DNA of 64,000 bases from a virus (taxonomy: Duplodnaviria; Caudoviricetes). The notes beneath the pieces were generated by a model, which worked only from the letters and a program-made list of their open reading frames with translations, was not told where the DNA came from and ran no database searches. The translations under genes and the position numbers were made by a program. Shown in pieces: positions 37,178 through 46,890 of the stretch (positions are counted from its first letter, which is position 1; each line of letters starts with the position of its first letter). Location of the stretch: positions 12,125 through 76,124 of the IMG/VR virus record IMGVR_UViG_3300005719_000009. The stretch is one strand, 5' to 3'.

Positions 37178-38377
37178 TTAATACCCTCCGTACCCCTTCA
37201 ACGAAGCCCTCATTTGCTTATCTAATTCACTTGGCTCTTGCGTTTGCGCTATTTGCCTTACTAAGCCGCCTTGTGTATTATCTGGCAAACTTGCCTTTAT
37301 AGCTGCGTTTTTCCCCTGATTGATTGCTGCCATAATAATTTTATCCTTATTATTGGCATAATAGATGGCATCCAAAAACAATTGTCTATTCGGGCTTCCA
37401 TCCGAATTAGTAAATGTCTGCCAAAACTTATCAGCGTCACACGCAGTTTCTACAGCTTTTGAAAATCCTTCCGCATCTGGCTCGTAATGAAACTCGAAGG
37501 CAATTTTATTGGCTTCATCATTAAAATTGATCTTAGTTTCGATAGCCTTTGGGGTCAAAGATTTATAAGCTTCTTTTGTCTCCAAATCCGACTTAGCTTT
37601 TTCTTCCAACATTTTCTTATATTGGATATAGCCTTCATCGGTAGGAGTTTCTATATCTGGGATGGAGAATTTCGTTCTTGCTTTTTCGAGATCGGGCCTT
37701 GTTAATTTAGCCTCAATCATCAAGTCCATTTGTTTTTCCGTAACCTGATCCTGCCAGTTGGATATTCTTTCCTGATACTCGGCATCTTCCTCTCCAACAT
37801 TCTGTGCGGGTTTTGGCGGGATTGAAAATTGCTTACCAAACCGGTAGTTTATTTCATCGGGGGTGAGGTCTTTGTATTTTAGCTGCATCCCCATTTTCAC
37901 AATGTCTGCTGCCGTTTCCTTTGTCACTTCGCCGGTCATGAGACTTTCAAGCCTCATTTCGCGATCCAAGTGCTGCCAAACTTCTTTTCTATCCCCCTTA
38001 GCAATAGCTCTCAAAAAAGCTGCACTTTCATCATCGGGCACCTGAAATTCTTGTGGCCGAGGCGCTGCCCTGAAAGCTCGCAAGTCCTCTATGTCTTTTA
38101 CTGCTGCTTCCGGGGTGTCATATCCGAATTTCTCCTTAAAAAGATCGAATGGATTAGACGCAACGGTTGTTGCGGAAGCGCCTGCGCCATCTGTTGACGA
38201 AGTGGCGCTTTCTATTCCACGTGAAACATCTGAACTTTCTGAATTTTCAGTAGAAGCAGGGGGCATGCCGCCATTAAGGCTTAATGCCATTTGCTGTGCT
38301 AATTCCGTCTTAAAATCTGGTTGTACTGTTTCCGTAGACTGATGTACTACTACAGGTTCATTAACATTGTCTGCCAT
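37178..38377 (-). CDS. capsid scaffolding-like protein
   Basis: acidic, helical, disordered N-terminus; directly upstream of MCP. Confidence 0.65.
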   Translation of the reverse strand: MADNVNEPVVVHQSTETVQPDFKTELAQQMALSLNGGMPPASTENSESSDVSRGIESATSSTDGAGASATTVASNPFDLFKEKFGYDTPEAAVKDIEDLRAFRAAPRPQEFQVPDDESAAFLRAIAKGDRKEVWQHLDREMRLESLMTGEVTKETAADIVKMGMQLKYKDLTPDEINYRFGKQFSIPPKPAQNVGEEDAEYQERISNWQDQVTEKQMDLMIEAKLTRPDLEKARTKFSIPDIETPTDEGYIQYKKMLEEKAKSDLETKEAYKSLTPKAIETKINFNDEANKIAFEFHYEPDAEGFSKAVETACDADKFWQTFTNSDGSPNRQLFLDAIYYANNKDKIIMAAINQGKNAAIKASLPDNTQGGLVRQIAQTQEPSELDKQMRASLKGYGGY

Positions 38378-38448
38378 ATTGATTGGGAATGTTTTATGGC
38401 AGTAAAATTAGTTTTATATCCAGCAGTTTCTTTTGGAGTAATAAGCAT

Positions 38449-38469
38449 AGGGTATCAAAGTGATACCCT
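38449..38469. promoter_or_regulatory. 9-bp palindrome between terL and the scaffold gene
   Basis: AGGGTATCA-AAG-TGATACCCT. Confidence 0.45.
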
Positions 38470-38489
38470 CATTGTATATAAACGTATAA

Positions 38490-40577
38490 TTAATTGAGTT
38501 TCGCCCTGTATGTGCGTAGTATTTGCTTTGGTTTTGTCTTTGGCTTGTCGCCGCCTCTGGGTCGCGGCCTGCCTAACATTGGCAATAAGCTCATCATAAA
38601 GCTAACGGTAAGGTGAAATGGCGTTCGTTCGGAGTGGTTATAATGCATCGAGTCTTCAAGTAAAGGAATATATTCGACCCTGTGTACATTTCCGTTGTAC
38701 ACCACCATGCTATCTCCGTCGTAATACTTTTTGGCAACCTCCAATTGCTTTGCAAGCTCAAATGGGTTGCCAGATTGGGTTCCGGGAAGTATTTTTTGTT
38801 TTGGCTTTGTAAGATCGACTGCCGGAGTCCATTCAAGGCACTGCAACGCATCCCATTCTAAAAAATCTTCATAGAACCATGTCCCTGCATCAATTTCAAC
38901 ATTCATTTTACACCCAAAAAACAAACAAGTCAGGAACATTTGTCGGTTGAATTGCTTTATTAATTTTGGCCTATCTAAGAAAAAGAAAACAGGCCTTAGC
39001 CCGGTTTCTTTGCCATCTATAATGCATGATTTTTTAGTCACACATATAGCCCCATCCGATCCCCCGTCCGCAAAGATGTTTTTATATGTATCTGCCCCGC
39101 CGCTATACATCAGCGTATTTTCAGGTTCTATGGTGCCGTTGCTATCCCTATACAAATTAGGCTCTACTGGAAGCTCTTTGATCCAACAAGGCCCACTTTT
39201 ATCGTCAACCCATTTTACAATTATTTTCTTTTCTTCGTTATCATAATCTTCATCCCATCTTCCTTGTCTCCAAAACGCCACCTCTGGATTCTTTTTTAAA
39301 AACTCTATGCGCTCTATGAAGTTTTCCTCATTAAATTCACATGTTCCTGTTTCGAACGCGAACATGTCGTATTCATCGAGTGGGTAATCCCTTCGATGAT
39401 CCATTAGCTCTTTATCCTTTAGCCCTTCTCGTTCACGTAATATTATTGTCCGTGAGCCTTCGGTAATCCAGCAACCATCGTTACCCAATACAGGCTCGAC
39501 AGGATCATCAATAACACTTTCGCCAAATTTATCTATACACCCATCGTACCCTTCAAGGGCAGTGTCGAATATCCTTACAACCTTACTTGGTGTATGTATA
39601 CCATATGGCTTGCCTGTTTTAGGGTTTATTTCATTCTGATCGGCGGCATCCCAAAATTTCCTGAAATTCTCGCCGCCTTTTTTCTTTGGATTAACTGTTG
39701 TCGGTATATACGCAAAGCCTACCTTTTTCTTACCTCTTCTTAGACATGACTTTACTTTACTCCAATATGTATTAACATCTACTTTCTCCCATTTCCCCCA
39801 CTCATCTCCTAAGAAATAAGATAAGCGACCGCTATCATAACTATTGAGTGTTGTTGGCTGGTAGTCGATGTAGCTATTAAGCCCTTCCCTTTTTATGTTA
39901 GCGCCTTTTTTCTTTTTTTCTGTGGGCTTAATGAATTTCACGTATGTATCACTACTACCATCCATGTCTTCTACAAAGCAAGGCAACATGGCCCTGAAAC
40001 CGCGAAGAAAAAGCATTTGGAATATTTTCTTAATGGATTCATCATTATATGAAACCATCCCTCCAATCATCTCTTTATTGCGGCCACATATCCACCACTC
40101 AAAAAACGTACCCTCCGTTGTGGCCCCTTTACGGCGAGACTTACCGCGTGTCATTGCTAACACCGGTATATCATCTCTTAATAAATATTCTTTTAAAATG
40201 AAAATTTTTCTTGTGCAGTTTCTGTAGTCAGGCCTATCCCCGGTTTCAAGAGTCCAATAATTAACATACCCATACATGGAGCCGGGAATAAACGTCAATA
40301 CTCCATTTATCATGGCATAGATGCCATGCGTCATTCTGTCTTTTTCTCTTTCAACCCATTTTTTCTGTACGTCTGTATATGTATGTTCTTTGTTTACGAT
40401 AGCTACAATATCGTCATCAGTAAATGGGACTTCCGTTCTGCGGAAAAATTGCTCCGATTGAGGGAGGTCAGAATACATTATTTCTTCCCCTTCAATGTAC
40501 TCGCCATCTTCCGTAACCGAAGCCTTTCTTAATTCTCTGTACTCTGCATCTATTCCCTGTATGTGTAATACTCCCAT
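38490..40577 (-). CDS. terL: terminase large subunit
   Basis: Walker A-like GKSRRKGAT, Walker B-like LGDEWGKW, nuclease GGADTY...SDGA and NVEID. Confidence 0.85.
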   Translation of the reverse strand: MGVLHIQGIDAEYRELRKASVTEDGEYIEGEEIMYSDLPQSEQFFRRTEVPFTDDDIVAIVNKEHTYTDVQKKWVEREKDRMTHGIYAMINGVLTFIPGSMYGYVNYWTLETGDRPDYRNCTRKIFILKEYLLRDDIPVLAMTRGKSRRKGATTEGTFFEWWICGRNKEMIGGMVSYNDESIKKIFQMLFLRGFRAMLPCFVEDMDGSSDTYVKFIKPTEKKKKGANIKREGLNSYIDYQPTTLNSYDSGRLSYFLGDEWGKWEKVDVNTYWSKVKSCLRRGKKKVGFAYIPTTVNPKKKGGENFRKFWDAADQNEINPKTGKPYGIHTPSKVVRIFDTALEGYDGCIDKFGESVIDDPVEPVLGNDGCWITEGSRTIILREREGLKDKELMDHRRDYPLDEYDMFAFETGTCEFNEENFIERIEFLKKNPEVAFWRQGRWDEDYDNEEKKIIVKWVDDKSGPCWIKELPVEPNLYRDSNGTIEPENTLMYSGGADTYKNIFADGGSDGAICVTKKSCIIDGKETGLRPVFFFLDRPKLIKQFNRQMFLTCLFFGCKMNVEIDAGTWFYEDFLEWDALQCLEWTPAVDLTKPKQKILPGTQSGNPFELAKQLEVAKKYYDGDSMVVYNGNVHRVEYIPLLEDSMHYNHSERTPFHLTVSFMMSLLPMLGRPRPRGGDKPKTKPKQILRTYRAKLN

Positions 40578-40578
40578 G

Positions 40579-43083
40579 CTACTGTGCCATTTCTTGTTGC
40601 TGCATTTGTTGCATAACCTGTTGCTGTTGTTCGGGTGGCATTTGTGCTAATTGTTGCTGCATCTGCGCCTGTTGTTGCTTTTCTTGTTCTTCTTCAATCA
40701 GGGCTTCCTCCATTTCCTGATTCTCTTTGGCAAGAGGTATTGTTATATTAGGAACCAATTGCTGAATAGCAGGCAAGAACATTTTTATCATTTGACCACT
40801 TTCGTCTTTAGCTGCACTTGCTAACACGCCTTTAAGCAATTCCAGTTCTTTTTGCTTAGACACCCTGAAATCCTCCATGTCCTTTTCGGCAGATAATTTT
40901 TCAGCCTGCAATTGCTTATCCGAATCTGCTTTCATTTGCAAACTTTGCTGCTGAATCTGGGCGTTTTGCTGCTGCAACTTTTGACTATCCTCAATCGCTT
41001 TTCTGCGATTGCTTTCATATGTAGTGGTTAAATACCAATTAGCCAGCTTGTAATTATATTCATCCATTATCTCACGAATCATCAAAGCATCCTTCAGTGT
41101 AATTGAAGGGTTGCCTTGCGCATCTGGCATTTGACTGAACCGATCAATATCCCGCTCTAATCGTTGTCTCTCATACTCAGTAGACTTGGTTTTAACTTTT
41201 AAATCAAATCTGGTATTAATCATGTCATTTTCAGACTCAGGTTCTTCCTTCACAATATCATTCCATTTCAAAAGACATAACTTATAAAATGTTTCTTCCC
41301 AAAGCTGATTATTTGCGTTTAATATAAAATCTGTTACGTTAAATGAGCTTTCGTTTTGCCCTTCAGCAAGTTTGGCAGGCGTTCTATCGCCAACGTCGCT
41401 ACCATCTCTGTATTGTGGCACACCCCAAAGTTGCCTAAGCTCCATTATTTGACCGGCCAAGACATTTGTTAGCCCAATAATCTTGTCAATACTTTCGTCA
41501 CGAACCGTATTGCTAAGTGGCGGCGTTTCCCGCTGCAAAGGATCGACTCCTTTACTACTCCACAATTCATTCCCGGTTTGATCATATATGCGAACAACTT
41601 CTTCCCACTCAATCGTATCCCCATTGCCAAAGTCTAAATTACGAGCGCTTTCAACGTCAATGCGTATCCCAGATGGCTTTACCTTTGCAACAAGTTGCTT
41701 TCTTTTTAATTTAGTTGTTTGATATTCCCGCAGTACTTCCATGCCGCGCTCAAACAACCCCGGAACGTATTCACCATCATTGTTTGGGATATTAACAGTG
41801 TACGAAGACAGCGGCTTTGATACCTTTGTATATGGTGTAATTATTATATCGGGTTGGCCCCAATACAGCATTTTATCTCCGTAAGGAGCATATATGCCCC
41901 TCATCCATGTATTCTTCTGCCTCTTTAAAATCTCTACATTATCCGGCTTCGGCTGCTCAATAGTTTGACCATCCTTTGTGGTCTGCTGATAAGGGATTGA
42001 TTTTTTCTGGGTTATATTTGTCTTCCCGTAGGCATCTGTTTTTTCAACATAATAAACATCTTCCCCACAATTTATTTCGCAGTCGAATACAAGTATTGAG
42101 CAATCGTCATAAGGTCTGCTTTGATTGTATGTAGTGAACGCGTAATTATCATTCCACATGTAATTAAATGTGCCAATATTCTTATTTGTTGACAGCTTTG
42201 CAAGCTCGTATATTTCCTTCTCTGTTAGGCCATTTGGATTCTCGGGAGATTTACCCAATCTATATCTCGCATCCTTTACTTTTAAATTATAGAACTCTCC
42301 TATTTTTGCTATTTCATGCTCCCCGCTATCGTTAAGAAAAAAGTCATACACCATATTTGTTGGAATACATTTCCTAACAGTGTATTCTTTTGGCGCACAT
42401 CGTTCAATTTTTGTACACCCGAAGTTGAGTACCGTTAAGTCGAATAACGTTTTCCTGTTAAGTATGCGTTCGAACTTAATATCATTTTGAACTTTATTAA
42501 GAAATTTTTCAAACTTTATTTCTTTTGGCAATCTGTCTTCCAATTCAAAATGCACTTTAGCAGACATTTCATCATCCGGAACATACGCGTTTGGCGGCTC
42601 TAAAATAAGACCGGTGGCTTCCTGAGCCTGATTGATATTATCAACATCATGCATCCGGTATAATGCCTCAAACACTCGTTGCTCTTTTTCGGTCATAGAC
42701 CCATCATCAATAGCCGTAACGCATGGATAAGTTTTATTCTTGGCCATGCTTTCTATTAAAGTCCCCATGAACTGGGCCGCAATCCTGCTCTGGGTATAAT
42801 CGATATTAATATATGATTTGTTTGCGTCGGATACATTTATGTAGTCAAGAAATTCATTCATTTTTTGACTACCCTTGCACCAAAGAAGCAGTTCAATCCA
42901 CCGGGCGTTACGCATCTTGAAATAGTTAAGACTCGTATCATCCGATGTTTGCTGTGAGTGAAAAGCTTTAACAATTAGCTTTCCTTTTTCCTTATTTCTT
43001 TTTTCTTCCGGGGATAAAAAAAACCTACCTAAGAGCGGATCGGTGAACTGGGGATTGGACGTGTCATTATATATATCGGGCAT
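40579..43083 (-). CDS. portal protein
   Basis: 834 aa, helical, Q-rich coiled-coil C-terminus, adjacent to terL; size like crAss-type portals. Confidence 0.8.
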   Translation of the reverse strand: MPDIYNDTSNPQFTDPLLGRFFLSPEEKRNKEKGKLIVKAFHSQQTSDDTSLNYFKMRNARWIELLLWCKGSQKMNEFLDYINVSDANKSYINIDYTQSRIAAQFMGTLIESMAKNKTYPCVTAIDDGSMTEKEQRVFEALYRMHDVDNINQAQEATGLILEPPNAYVPDDEMSAKVHFELEDRLPKEIKFEKFLNKVQNDIKFERILNRKTLFDLTVLNFGCTKIERCAPKEYTVRKCIPTNMVYDFFLNDSGEHEIAKIGEFYNLKVKDARYRLGKSPENPNGLTEKEIYELAKLSTNKNIGTFNYMWNDNYAFTTYNQSRPYDDCSILVFDCEINCGEDVYYVEKTDAYGKTNITQKKSIPYQQTTKDGQTIEQPKPDNVEILKRQKNTWMRGIYAPYGDKMLYWGQPDIIITPYTKVSKPLSSYTVNIPNNDGEYVPGLFERGMEVLREYQTTKLKRKQLVAKVKPSGIRIDVESARNLDFGNGDTIEWEEVVRIYDQTGNELWSSKGVDPLQRETPPLSNTVRDESIDKIIGLTNVLAGQIMELRQLWGVPQYRDGSDVGDRTPAKLAEGQNESSFNVTDFILNANNQLWEETFYKLCLLKWNDIVKEEPESENDMINTRFDLKVKTKSTEYERQRLERDIDRFSQMPDAQGNPSITLKDALMIREIMDEYNYKLANWYLTTTYESNRRKAIEDSQKLQQQNAQIQQQSLQMKADSDKQLQAEKLSAEKDMEDFRVSKQKELELLKGVLASAAKDESGQMIKMFLPAIQQLVPNITIPLAKENQEMEEALIEEEQEKQQQAQMQQQLAQMPPEQQQQVMQQMQQQEMAQ

Positions 43084-43121
43084 TTTTGCTGAAATTTAAT
43101 TAAAATTAGTTAAATTTCTAA

Positions 43122-43661
43122 TTAAATCATCCCCACTACCATGTCCTCATGAACTTTGGTTACCCTTTTCTCTATACCATTCCAGTTATACACAATGTCG
43201 TAGGCCGCGTTTGGGCGATGGAAAATTAGCTGTTCAAATTGATATGGCGCTCGGCCAGCATTAATTACTTTTACCCGGTTTATATGCGTTTTCATTTGCT
43301 CTACCGGGATCGGTATTTCGTATTCTATGGGAACTCGCCTGCAAATTATATTCCCACACATAGGCTTTATGTTGCCAAATGTATCCAAAACACCGAACAG
43401 GGTTTTATTAAACGGCACACTGTAAAGGTCATCCATAAGGTAGTATGGAGATGGAGGATAGAAGTGATTATGATGAAAAATCGCAATGTCCCCCTCCTTG
43501 ATATACGTGTTGCCTTGCACTATAACGCCAACTACCGGGCTTTTTTCCCGGTAGTTGTGTTCAAAAGGAAGGGCTGTTCTTACTGTTATACCTCCGATTG
43601 ATATGCGATCCTTCTGCTTCATATCAACCCGAACAATTATCTTGTTATTTACTGGTTTCAT
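43122..43661 (-). CDS. tandem (two-domain) GroES-like co-chaperonin
   Basis: two GroES-like starts MKPVNNKIIVRV and IKPMCGNIICRRV; IKEGDIAIF; ends EDMVVGMI. Confidence 0.65.
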   Translation of the reverse strand: MKPVNNKIIVRVDMKQKDRISIGGITVRTALPFEHNYREKSPVVGVIVQGNTYIKEGDIAIFHHNHFYPPSPYYLMDDLYSVPFNKTLFGVLDTFGNIKPMCGNIICRRVPIEYEIPIPVEQMKTHINRVKVINAGRAPYQFEQLIFHRPNAAYDIVYNWNGIEKRVTKVHEDMVVGMI

Positions 43662-43956
43662 ATACGATACCGATTATTTCTTCGCCTTGTAAGACTAAAT
43701 ATGTTTGACCTTCGTACTCTATTTCAAAACCGCACCCTTTATGAAATAGCGCTTTCTTGCCTTTCCCATTCTTTATATTATGGTCTTTCACCAAAGACCC
43801 GATACTGAATATCGTTCCCTTGTTAGGCTTAACCTTCCCTTCAGATGGGAGCAATAAACCAGATGTTTCTGATTCTGTCTTGTCCCTAAGTACAAAAACG
43901 CAATTATTTGTTGCTTTTGGTTGATTGTTCATATTATACAGATTACATTGTGTCAC
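43645..43956 (-). CDS. groES: co-chaperonin GroES
   Basis: SGLLLP...KPNKGTIFSIG...IEYEGQTYLVLQGEEIIGIV; true start probably an internal Met. Confidence 0.85.
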   Translation of the reverse strand: MTQCNLYNMNNQPKATNNCVFVLRDKTESETSGLLLPSEGKVKPNKGTIFSIGSLVKDHNIKNGKGKKALFHKGCGFEIEYEGQTYLVLQGEEIIGIVYETSK

Positions 43957-45505
43957 AAATAAGGCATTCGGAGGTAAGGATCATCCCAGCAGATGAGGCT
44001 GCATTCTGTAAAGCGCACCTAAGCACCTTGGTTGGGTCGATTACACCAGCCTCAACCAAATCCTCAATAACATCTGTCTTTGCATTATATCCGAAACTTC
44101 CGGCCAACCCTTTAACTTGTTTTAATATTTGCTCTGCATCTGTTCCGGCATTAAGGCAAATTTGCTTAAGAACCATTTCCATTGCAGAATCAACAACTTC
44201 ATTCCCAGATTTAACCCTTAACAATGTTGTTCCGCCGCCTGCCACATACCCTTCAGAAATGGCTGCTTTGGTGGCCCTTACTGAATCATCAAACCGATCT
44301 AATCTTTCTTTCATTTCGGTTTCCGTAGCAGCGCCAACCTGAATAACAGCAACGCCCCCAGTTAATTTTGCTATTCGCTTTTCAATTGGAAATTTTTCGT
44401 CTTCGTTTTTAGCTTGTGCTAAATTCATACGCAATTCATCCAGCAAATTTTGAAGCAAATCCTTATCTGTATCGCCGCCAATTATAACAGTTTCTTCTTT
44501 GTTAACGATAACCTTTTTCGCGAAACCTAAATTAGCTGGCTCTATTTCTTTTATATTGACACCACGCAAATCGCTAACATAGGAGCCCCCTGTTAATAAT
44601 GCAATATCTTCCATTTCCAAGCGTCTCGCCTCGCCAAAAGCAGGAGCCTTAACAACACAAACCCGTACCCGACCCTGAATAGTATTCATGGCCAAAAAAG
44701 CAAGACCCTCATCAACAGCATCTTCGCATATTATCAACAACGGATGCCCTTGTTTCATTGATATTTCAAGCGCTCTTTGAATTTGAGTATGATGATTTAT
44801 CCTGTTTTGGTAAATCAAAATCAATGCTTCCTCAAACTCGCATATTTGCTTTTCCTTGTTGTTTACAAATAAAGGAGAAACCCAACTCTGCTCCCACTTA
44901 TACCCATCAGAGATTTTTATTTCAGTGTCAACACTTTTACTTGGCTCCAAATCAATTATACCCTCATCCCCGATCTTTTCAAACGCCTTCGCAATCCACT
45001 CCCCGATTTCCGGGTCATTATTGGCTGAAATGGTGGCTATTTGTCGAATACGATTTATATCCCCCTTTATTGGCGTGGAAACATCTTTTAGCCTATCAAC
45101 AACAAGCCCAACAGCTTTGTCAATTTCTTTTTTCAATTCCATTGGATTAGCTCCTTGATTTATCAAGGCGATACCCTTTTCAGCAATCGCCTCGGCTAAA
45201 ACAACGGTAGTCGTCGTCCCATCACCGGCCTGATCAACTGATTTCTGGGATGCTTCCTTTATCATTAAAACTCCCGCTTGCTCAAATGGATCATCATGCA
45301 CTTCAAATGCCTTGGCAGTAGTATACCCATCTTTGGTAACGTGTATTGGTAAGTTATGTACCCCATAATCAACAACCATGCTTTGTGATATTAATACATT
45401 TCTGCCCATTGGTCCTAATGTAACCTTCACAGCAGCCGCGATCTTCTTAATGCCAGATAGCAATTTTGCACGAGCATCAGGCCCGTACAACGTCTTTTTG
45501 TTCAT
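43943..45505 (-). CDS. groEL: chaperonin GroEL
   Basis: VKVTLGPMGRNV, TKDG, AGDGTTT, KAPAFG, GGVAVIQVGAATETEMKE, GVIDPTKV. Confidence 0.97.
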   Translation of the reverse strand: MNKKTLYGPDARAKLLSGIKKIAAAVKVTLGPMGRNVLISQSMVVDYGVHNLPIHVTKDGYTTAKAFEVHDDPFEQAGVLMIKEASQKSVDQAGDGTTTTVVLAEAIAEKGIALINQGANPMELKKEIDKAVGLVVDRLKDVSTPIKGDINRIRQIATISANNDPEIGEWIAKAFEKIGDEGIIDLEPSKSVDTEIKISDGYKWEQSWVSPLFVNNKEKQICEFEEALILIYQNRINHHTQIQRALEISMKQGHPLLIICEDAVDEGLAFLAMNTIQGRVRVCVVKAPAFGEARRLEMEDIALLTGGSYVSDLRGVNIKEIEPANLGFAKKVIVNKEETVIIGGDTDKDLLQNLLDELRMNLAQAKNEDEKFPIEKRIAKLTGGVAVIQVGAATETEMKERLDRFDDSVRATKAAISEGYVAGGGTTLLRVKSGNEVVDSAMEMVLKQICLNAGTDAEQILKQVKGLAGSFGYNAKTDVIEDLVEAGVIDPTKVLRCALQNAASSAGMILTSECLICDTM

Positions 45506-45654
45506 ATTGTTTTTTTAAAAAATTGATTGATAATAAATCTTACCGCAGCCCGAATAGACATGCCATTATCATCTGCGTAGAGTTTTAGTTTTTCGTATAT
45601 CCACCAATTGAGGGATATGCCGAATTTCTTGTGGGTACTATTCTTATCTGCCAT
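45502..45654 (-). CDS. ribbon-helix-helix regulator (50 aa, absent from ORF track)
   Basis: hand translation MADKNSTHKKFGISLNWWIYEKLKLYADDNGMSIRAAVRFIINQFFKKTI; ATGA overlap with groEL. Confidence 0.75.
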   Translation of the reverse strand: MADKNSTHKKFGISLNWWIYEKLKLYADDNGMSIRAAVRFIINQFFKKTI

Positions 45655-45672
45655 TGATACCTATTTGGTATC

Positions 45673-45704
45673 CAAAGATATTTGAAATCTTAATTATACA
45701 CAAA
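45673..45704 (-). promoter_or_regulatory. consensus Bacteroidota promoter for the RHH-groEL-groES-portal operon
   Basis: - strand TTTG, 20 nt, TATCTTTG. Confidence 0.8.
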
Positions 45705-45757
45705 AACTGATAGAATTTTACTATCAACATTAGATAACTTTTTAATATATACCTAAA

Positions 45758-46021
45758 ATGGCAAGTAATGTAACCGCGTTGTTGAACGTGTACCAAATGG
45801 ATCAATCAGTAATGGATCGTAATGCTCCTAAGAAATTCGCATTCCCAACACAAGGATGCCTGCTTAGTGATTGTTCCGATTCACCTGCTCGAAGTTTAAG
45901 TTCTGGTTATAACGTTTATTCGTTAATAACCGTTCCTTCCAGTGCTGCCGCCAATTCTACCGGGCACCTTTATTATGTGGCTGAAACATTGGCCCAATTG
46001 GTTACCATCTTCAACGCTTAA
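45758..46021 (+). CDS. solitary + strand gene, possible minor virion protein
   Basis: 87 aa, S/A-rich, C-terminal YYVAETLAQLV; has its own terminator. Confidence 0.6.
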   Translation: MASNVTALLNVYQMDQSVMDRNAPKKFAFPTQGCLLSDCSDSPARSLSSGYNVYSLITVPSSAAANSTGHLYYVAETLAQLVTIFNA

Positions 46022-46025
46022 AATT

Positions 46026-46054
46026 AAAAACCGCTCTACTGGGCGGTTTTTTTT
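46026..46054. terminator. bidirectional intrinsic terminator
   Basis: AAAAACCGCTC-TACT-GGGCGGTTTTTTTT between convergent genes. Confidence 0.8.
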
Positions 46055-46890
46055 ATTCTTTCCCTAACCTTTTCATAGTACTGTTTCGATGTTCCATTTA
46101 ATTCATGGAAGTAACTCTCTAATCCCTCCTGTGCAAAAAAATCATACGCCTTTTCACCAATAGGAATACAGTTAGGAGCAGCCCCGCACAATTCTAATAT
46201 TCTGGGAACCTTTTGCCCTTCCGATAATTGAAATGCCTGCGTTTGGTTTGTAATATGAAACTTGCACTGCTTAATAGCCTGTGCAAGCTCTAAAAAGTTA
46301 TTAACATTCAGCTTCCTTATGTTCAGATCATGGGTCATGGTGAACACATTGTATTCGCGCATTGTGCCACAAAACAACAAATCGTCTTCATAAGGCTTCA
46401 GGAATGAATAGTTGATGTTGTGGTTCAAATACCGCTCTGACCGGGTAATGAGGATTTTACCTTTTGCGAAATCTTTTTCAGCATCAGGTACATTTAACCA
46501 TACGCCTGAAAGATCACATGCCATGTCTGGATATACGTAGAAATACCACCGGTTAATCGAAAAAGAAGGCATACCCACGTATGTATCTCTGAATGCCCCT
46601 AATGGCACTTCAATTTCCTCGCCATCCCATGTTTTAACATCGGCTATACAAGGCTGTTCCATTAGCAGGGGGATCATCATATCGATCATTTTTTGATTTA
46701 GCATGACCTGCTTACCGTCTTCTGATTTTGTCGGATGCACGGCCCCTTCGTAATATAACGCTGGTATATCCTTGACTAAATAAAGAATTATCCTCCTTTT
46801 TGTCTTTCTATAAAACTCATTCATTGCTGGTATACTCGCGTGTACGTCACCGATATTTCCCGTGTGGGAGAATGTGGCTAATTTTTCCAT
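46036..46890 (-). CDS. glycosyltransferase, GT-B fold (GT9-like)
   Basis: N-terminal TGNIGDVHASIPAM; C-terminal LELAQAIKQCKFHITNQT. Confidence 0.65.
   Translation of the reverse strand: MEKLATFSHTGNIGDVHASIPAMNEFYRKTKRRIILYLVKDIPALYYEGAVHPTKSEDGKQVMLNQKMIDMMIPLLMEQPCIADVKTWDGEEIEVPLGAFRDTYVGMPSFSINRWYFYVYPDMACDLSGVWLNVPDAEKDFAKGKILITRSERYLNHNINYSFLKPYEDDLLFCGTMREYNVFTMTHDLNIRKLNVNNFLELAQAIKQCKFHITNQTQAFQLSEGQKVPRILELCGAAPNCIPIGEKAYDFFAQEGLESYFHELNGTSKQYYEKVRERIKKTAQ

Noticed and set aside
16090-45158. Numerous + strand ORFs antisense to structural genes
   Set aside because: Shadow ORFs of long - strand genes, with no start context or recognisable motifs.
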